A DNA stretch of 64,000 nucleotides, from assembly GCA_963662275.1 (NCBI GenBank), contig OY759316.1:1-64000 (forward strand). The letters run 5' to 3'. The DNA is from Candidatus Cloacimonadales bacterium. GTDB taxonomy: Bacteria > Cloacimonadota > Cloacimonadia > Cloacimonadales > DAONDQ01. Shown piece after piece: positions 60,027-64,000 of this stretch (position 1 is the stretch's first letter; the number at the start of each line of letters is the position of its first letter). Made by a program: the position numbers and the translations under genes. The notes beneath the pieces are model-generated. The model searched no databases. It saw only the letters and a list, made by a program, of their open reading frames with translations, and was not told the origin of the DNA.

Positions 60027-61085
60027 ATGAAGATGGGCGGAAATCGTTATGGAACCCACAGAGTCATGGAACCTAAAAATGTATTACCTCAACCTGCAAG
60101 AGTACTTGATAATGACATGAGCGAGATATGGGATAATGAACTCCTGCTCGACGTGATACGCCTTAACGTGGACTCTGCCTCCTTTCATCAGATTAAAGCC
60201 AAATTAGAGAAACAAGGTGCAATTGATTTGGAAGAAGCTTTTGCAAATCATGTAATCGACCTTACTAATCGTACAGGAAAGCACAAAAATGAAGATACCG
60301 GTTCCGGTGGAATGCTCATTGGAAGAGTTTCCCAAATCGGTCCAAATTTTGAAATGAAAGATCAGATAAAAGTTGGAGATACAGTAGCCTCTTTAGTTTC
60401 ATTGTCATTAACTCCTTTGAAGGTTAAAAAAGTCAAGAAAGTCTATTTAGATAAAGATCAAGTTGATATTGATGGTCAGGCAATCCTTTTCAGCAGTGGT
60501 ATTTATGCAAAATTGCCTGAAGATATGGATGAAAACCTGGCTCTCTCAGTCTTAGATGTTGCTGGTGCACCAGCACAGGTTGAAAGATTAGTTAAACCGG
60601 GTGATACCGTTGTCATAATTGGAGCAAATGGAAAATCAGGTGTGCTTTGCAATGCAGTTGCGAAAGAACGGGCAGGCGTAACAGGAAGAGTAATTGGCGT
60701 TGTCCGTAATCGTTCCTATATTGAAACCTGTAAAATGACCGGCTGTCATGATGTGATCATCGCAGATGCCACAGATGCGATTTCAATTCAGAAACAAGTT
60801 GCTGATCTTACGAATGGTAAGATGGCAGATATCGTAATCAATGTCGTCAATATTGAAGATACGGAAATGTCCTCTATTATGGCATGTAAAGATAGAGGCA
60901 TCGTTTATTTCTTTTCGATGGCTACTTCGTTCACCAAGGCAGCCTTGGGAGCAGAAGGAATTGGTACCGACGTGGATATGCTTTTAGGTAATGGATATGC
61001 TCATCATCATGCTGCCATATCATTAGACCTGTTACGTCGTAATCCAGTATTAATGAAGATATTCAAAGAAAGGTATGTGGATTAA
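60027..61085 (+). CDS. kdd: L-erythro-3,5-diaminohexanoate dehydrogenase
   Basis: YGTHRV, LNVDSASF, TGSGGMLIG, SLVSLSLTPL, LDVAGAP, FFSMATSF; upstream of kamA. Confidence 0.9.
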   Translation: MKMGGNRYGTHRVMEPKNVLPQPARVLDNDMSEIWDNELLLDVIRLNVDSASFHQIKAKLEKQGAIDLEEAFANHVIDLTNRTGKHKNEDTGSGGMLIGRVSQIGPNFEMKDQIKVGDTVASLVSLSLTPLKVKKVKKVYLDKDQVDIDGQAILFSSGIYAKLPEDMDENLALSVLDVAGAPAQVERLVKPGDTVVIIGANGKSGVLCNAVAKERAGVTGRVIGVVRNRSYIETCKMTGCHDVIIADATDAISIQKQVADLTNGKMADIVINVVNIEDTEMSSIMACKDRGIVYFFSMATSFTKAALGAEGIGTDVDMLLGNGYAHHHAAISLDLLRRNPVLMKIFKERYVD

Positions 61086-61088
61086 TTG

Positions 61089-62369
61089 ATGCAGAAAGCA
61101 CAGGCAACGATTTTAGGAGAACCCGTTAAGTCCCTGAAAAATATCAGGATGGGAGTTTCAGATCACGATTGGAATGACTGGCATTGGCAGTTGCGTAATA
61201 GAATCCAGGATTATGAAACATTGGTACAATACATAGACCTGACAGAGGAAGAAGAAAGAGTATTTGTAACTACAGGTTTTTCCTTCCGCATGGCAATAAC
61301 ACCTTATTATTTGTCTCTCATCAATAATGACGATGCCAATGATCCTATCCGTCTTCAAGCTATACCTCGCATCATGGAAAGCCATATCACAGTTTCAGAT
61401 ATGTGTGACCCGCTTCATGAAGAAGTTGATTCACCTGTACCTGGAATGACACATCGCTATCCTGATCGCGTATTGCTATTGGTCACAGATCAATGTTCCA
61501 TGTATTGCCGTCATTGTACACGTCGTCGCAAGGCTGGTGAACATGACGCTGCTATGCCACATGAAAATATCGATAAAGCAATAGAATATATTCGGAATAA
61601 CAAGGAAATCAGGGATGTCATTCTTAGTGGGGGTGATCCTCTCACATTAACAGACCAGGGTCTGGATGATATACTCTCCCGTATCCATGCCATTGAACAT
61701 GTAGATATCATTCGCATTGGAACAAGGATACCAGTTGTATTACCTCAAAGAATCACAGATGGGTTAATTACCATTTTAAAAAAATATCCGCCGATATGGT
61801 TGAATACTCATTTCAATCATCCTCGCGAGCTGACGGCTGAATCTCGTGCAGCTTTAGCCAAACTGGCAGACAATGGAATCGTACTCGGAAATCAATCCGT
61901 TTTATTACGTCATATCAATGATCATGTGGATGTAATGAAGAATTTGCTTCATCAGTTAGTAAAGAATCGCGTCCGTCCTTATTATATTTATCAATGTGAC
62001 CTTTCAGAAGGAATTGCTCATTTCCGTACTCCTATCTCAAAAGGTTTAGAGATTATGGAATCATTACGGGGTCACACATCTGGGTTATGTGTTCCAACTT
62101 TTGTCGTAGATGCCCCTGGTGGAGGCGGTAAGATACCTATTCAGTCGAATTATGTCGTTGCCCAGGCTCCAGGGCGTTGGATTCTGCGTAATTATGAAGG
62201 AATCATTACTACTTATACTGAATCTGGTTATACAGAACAAAATACAGCGGACTACCGTGATCTTGCTCCAGAAGAACGTCGTTCTTCTGAAGGAATCATG
62301 AAATTACTTCGTGGGCAGCAGGTTTGTATTGGACCACAGGAAACAAAACGTAATGGTCGAAAGCGTTAA
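61089..62369 (+). CDS. kamA: Lysine 2,3-aminomutase
   Basis: WNDWHWQ, HRYPDR, CSMYCRHCTRRR, DAPGGGGKIP. Confidence 0.95.
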   Translation: MQKAQATILGEPVKSLKNIRMGVSDHDWNDWHWQLRNRIQDYETLVQYIDLTEEEERVFVTTGFSFRMAITPYYLSLINNDDANDPIRLQAIPRIMESHITVSDMCDPLHEEVDSPVPGMTHRYPDRVLLLVTDQCSMYCRHCTRRRKAGEHDAAMPHENIDKAIEYIRNNKEIRDVILSGGDPLTLTDQGLDDILSRIHAIEHVDIIRIGTRIPVVLPQRITDGLITILKKYPPIWLNTHFNHPRELTAESRAALAKLADNGIVLGNQSVLLRHINDHVDVMKNLLHQLVKNRVRPYYIYQCDLSEGIAHFRTPISKGLEIMESLRGHTSGLCVPTFVVDAPGGGGKIPIQSNYVVAQAPGRWILRNYEGIITTYTESGYTEQNTADYRDLAPEERRSSEGIMKLLRGQQVCIGPQETKRNGRKR

Positions 62370-62397
62370 TACTGAAATAATTTAATAAAATATAGTC

Positions 62398-62421
62398 ACC
62401 GACCTGCATTAGCAGGTCGGT
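62398..62421 (+). terminator. Hairpin after kamA
   Basis: ACCGACCTGC-atta-GCAGGTCGGT. Confidence 0.6.
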
Positions 62422-62455
62422 ATCTTTATATATCACCATAATTAAAAGGGAAAAT

Positions 62456-63478
62456 TTGAAATCACAAGTTGATCAATTTCTCCAAGTAACACTAGGCACC
62501 AAGAAAATAAACTTATTGGTCGCTGTGATTGGGATTTGTAAGAACGCTGGTAAGACCACACTGCTAAACTGGCTATTACAAAAAGTGGAAAATACGCCAC
62601 TTGGTGTGATCACTACGGGTCGTGATGGAGAAGATGTGGATTTGGTAACAAATGAATCTAAACCCAAGATACATCTGCCGGCGAATGTGTTCTTTTCTAC
62701 TTTTGCAGAAGAAATAGAGAGGCATTCTCCTCATCTTGAAGTCATGGAAAAATTACTTTATCGGGCAGGTGGAAGAAATCTTTGGCTAGCAAGAACAACT
62801 CAAGCACTGCAAGTAGAAATCGTTGGACCTGCAACAGCAGAATCGCAAGTGGAATTAGCGAATCATATTCTTTCATTGGGTGCAAAACAAGTTTTTATTG
62901 ATGGTTCATTTGATCGAAAAGCAATTTCATTACAAGAACAGATCGATGCCTTGATTCTTGTGATCAGTCCGGCAATGGGTAAGGAAAAGGAAATTTTAAG
63001 TGAAATAAACAGATTGTATAGCTTATCAGAAATTAGGATGGCACATTCGAAATGGAAATCTCCCTACATTTGTTATCGAACAGAAAAGGGGAAATGGAAG
63101 CAAACAGAGTATAAATCATTATTAAGCCAGGAAAAGGAAATTTTGCAATCGTTATCTGATATCGAAGGGCTACATACCCTTTATATTCCCTGTACAATAT
63201 CAGATAGAGGTTTTCCTATACTGAAGTCTTTTCTCCAGCATTTTGATGGTGTGTTGATGATAAGACATCCCAATCTGTTACATATTTCACATGCAAATCT
63301 AGACTGGATACTTGAAAATACTAATATACAAACAATTCATCCTTTTCGCTTAAAAGCAATCGCCGTTAATTCATATGCCTTCAATAATCATCATGTTCAT
63401 AGTGACAAATTACGTTCTACTATTCGTAATTGCGTCAAGAAACTTCCAATCATCGATGTAAAGGAAATCATTGAATGA
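62456..63478 (+). CDS. KamB-like P-loop protein of lysine fermentation clusters
   Basis: GICKNAGKTT, TTGRDGE, IDGSFDRK; position after kamA. Confidence 0.65.
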   Translation: MKSQVDQFLQVTLGTKKINLLVAVIGICKNAGKTTLLNWLLQKVENTPLGVITTGRDGEDVDLVTNESKPKIHLPANVFFSTFAEEIERHSPHLEVMEKLLYRAGGRNLWLARTTQALQVEIVGPATAESQVELANHILSLGAKQVFIDGSFDRKAISLQEQIDALILVISPAMGKEKEILSEINRLYSLSEIRMAHSKWKSPYICYRTEKGKWKQTEYKSLLSQEKEILQSLSDIEGLHTLYIPCTISDRGFPILKSFLQHFDGVLMIRHPNLLHISHANLDWILENTNIQTIHPFRLKAIAVNSYAFNNHHVHSDKLRSTIRNCVKKLPIIDVKEIIE

Positions 63479-64000
63479 ATAACGAATATAGTCAAAAAGA
63501 GAAAGATATCCAGCTTCTACGTGACGGGAAGAACAATGTTACGATAAACTTGGGTTTGTATACGAATGTAGTGCTTGCGCTGGTAAAAACTATCGTTGGT
63601 ATTTTTGGTCATAGTACGGCTTTGCTGGCTGATGGTATCAATTCTGTATCGGACGTTACGTATTACATAGCTGTTAAGATATTTATGGTACAGGCAAAGA
63701 AACCTGCTGATAAGGAACATCCTTATGGGCATTTGCAATTAGAAAGTATTTCCGCATTGGTTGTTGGTGCCTTTATCCTGACTACGGGAATTGCAATATT
63801 CTGGCAGTCTATCAATTCAGTGTTTGATATTTTGAGCGGTAAAAGCGTTGATACTATGGTATCGTGGGGTGCTTTCATTATTGCTATTTTAACAGTATTT
63901 ACTAAGCTGTATCTCTATTTTTATACAAATAAAAGATATAAAGAAACTTCCAATCCTGCTTTAAGGGCATTAGCTCAAGATCATCTCAATGACATTTTCG
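63475..64000 (+). CDS. Cation diffusion facilitator transporter, truncated by the window edge
   Basis: Hand translation gives GHSTALLADGINSVSD, KPADKEHPYGH, AQDHLND; ATGA overlap with the upstream stop. Confidence 0.88.
   Translation, partial: MNNEYSQKEKDIQLLRDGKNNVTINLGLYTNVVLALVKTIVGIFGHSTALLADGINSVSDVTYYIAVKIFMVQAKKPADKEHPYGHLQLESISALVVGAFILTTGIAIFWQSINSVFDILSGKSVDTMVSWGAFIIAILTVFTKLYLYFYTNKRYKETSNPALRALAQDHLNDIF

Noticed and set aside
1..64000. tRNA, rRNA, prophage or integron
   Set aside because: No cloverleaf, rRNA-like tract, phage genes or integrase recognised by eye; a covariance-model scan would be needed to exclude small RNAs

Overview
AT-rich bacterial chromosomal segment, most consistent with an anaerobic, amino-acid-fermenting diderm such as Candidatus Cloacimonadota. 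This is an inference from the FlgD-Ig/T9SS-like C-terminal domains, lysine fermentation genes and outer-membrane barrels. Housekeeping genes include cysS, leuS, a relA/spoT homolog, rsmD, an rlmI-like methyltransferase, rmuC, comEA, copA/copZ and an M3 peptidase. Standout features: (1) an archaeal-type GatE-GatD amidotransferase operon in a bacterial context; (2) a pgsB-pgsC-pgsW poly-gamma-glutamate operon without pgsA, translationally coupled to an exported protein and an outer-membrane beta-barrel; (3) two apparently identical, inverted 1861-bp IS256/Mutator-like elements, each with its own 8-bp target duplication, whose best-SD start codon is out of frame with the transposase at an A7 run; (4) an IS1182 element; (5) several families of dispersed REP/REPIN-like palindromes plus heptamer and 11-mer tandem repeats; (6) an unannotated Cys-rich microprotein; and (7) an AMIN-TPR-TM-HTH protein heading an envelope-glycosylation operon. 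No rRNA, tRNA or CRISPR array was seen. All calls come from motif recognition by eye, with no database searches.
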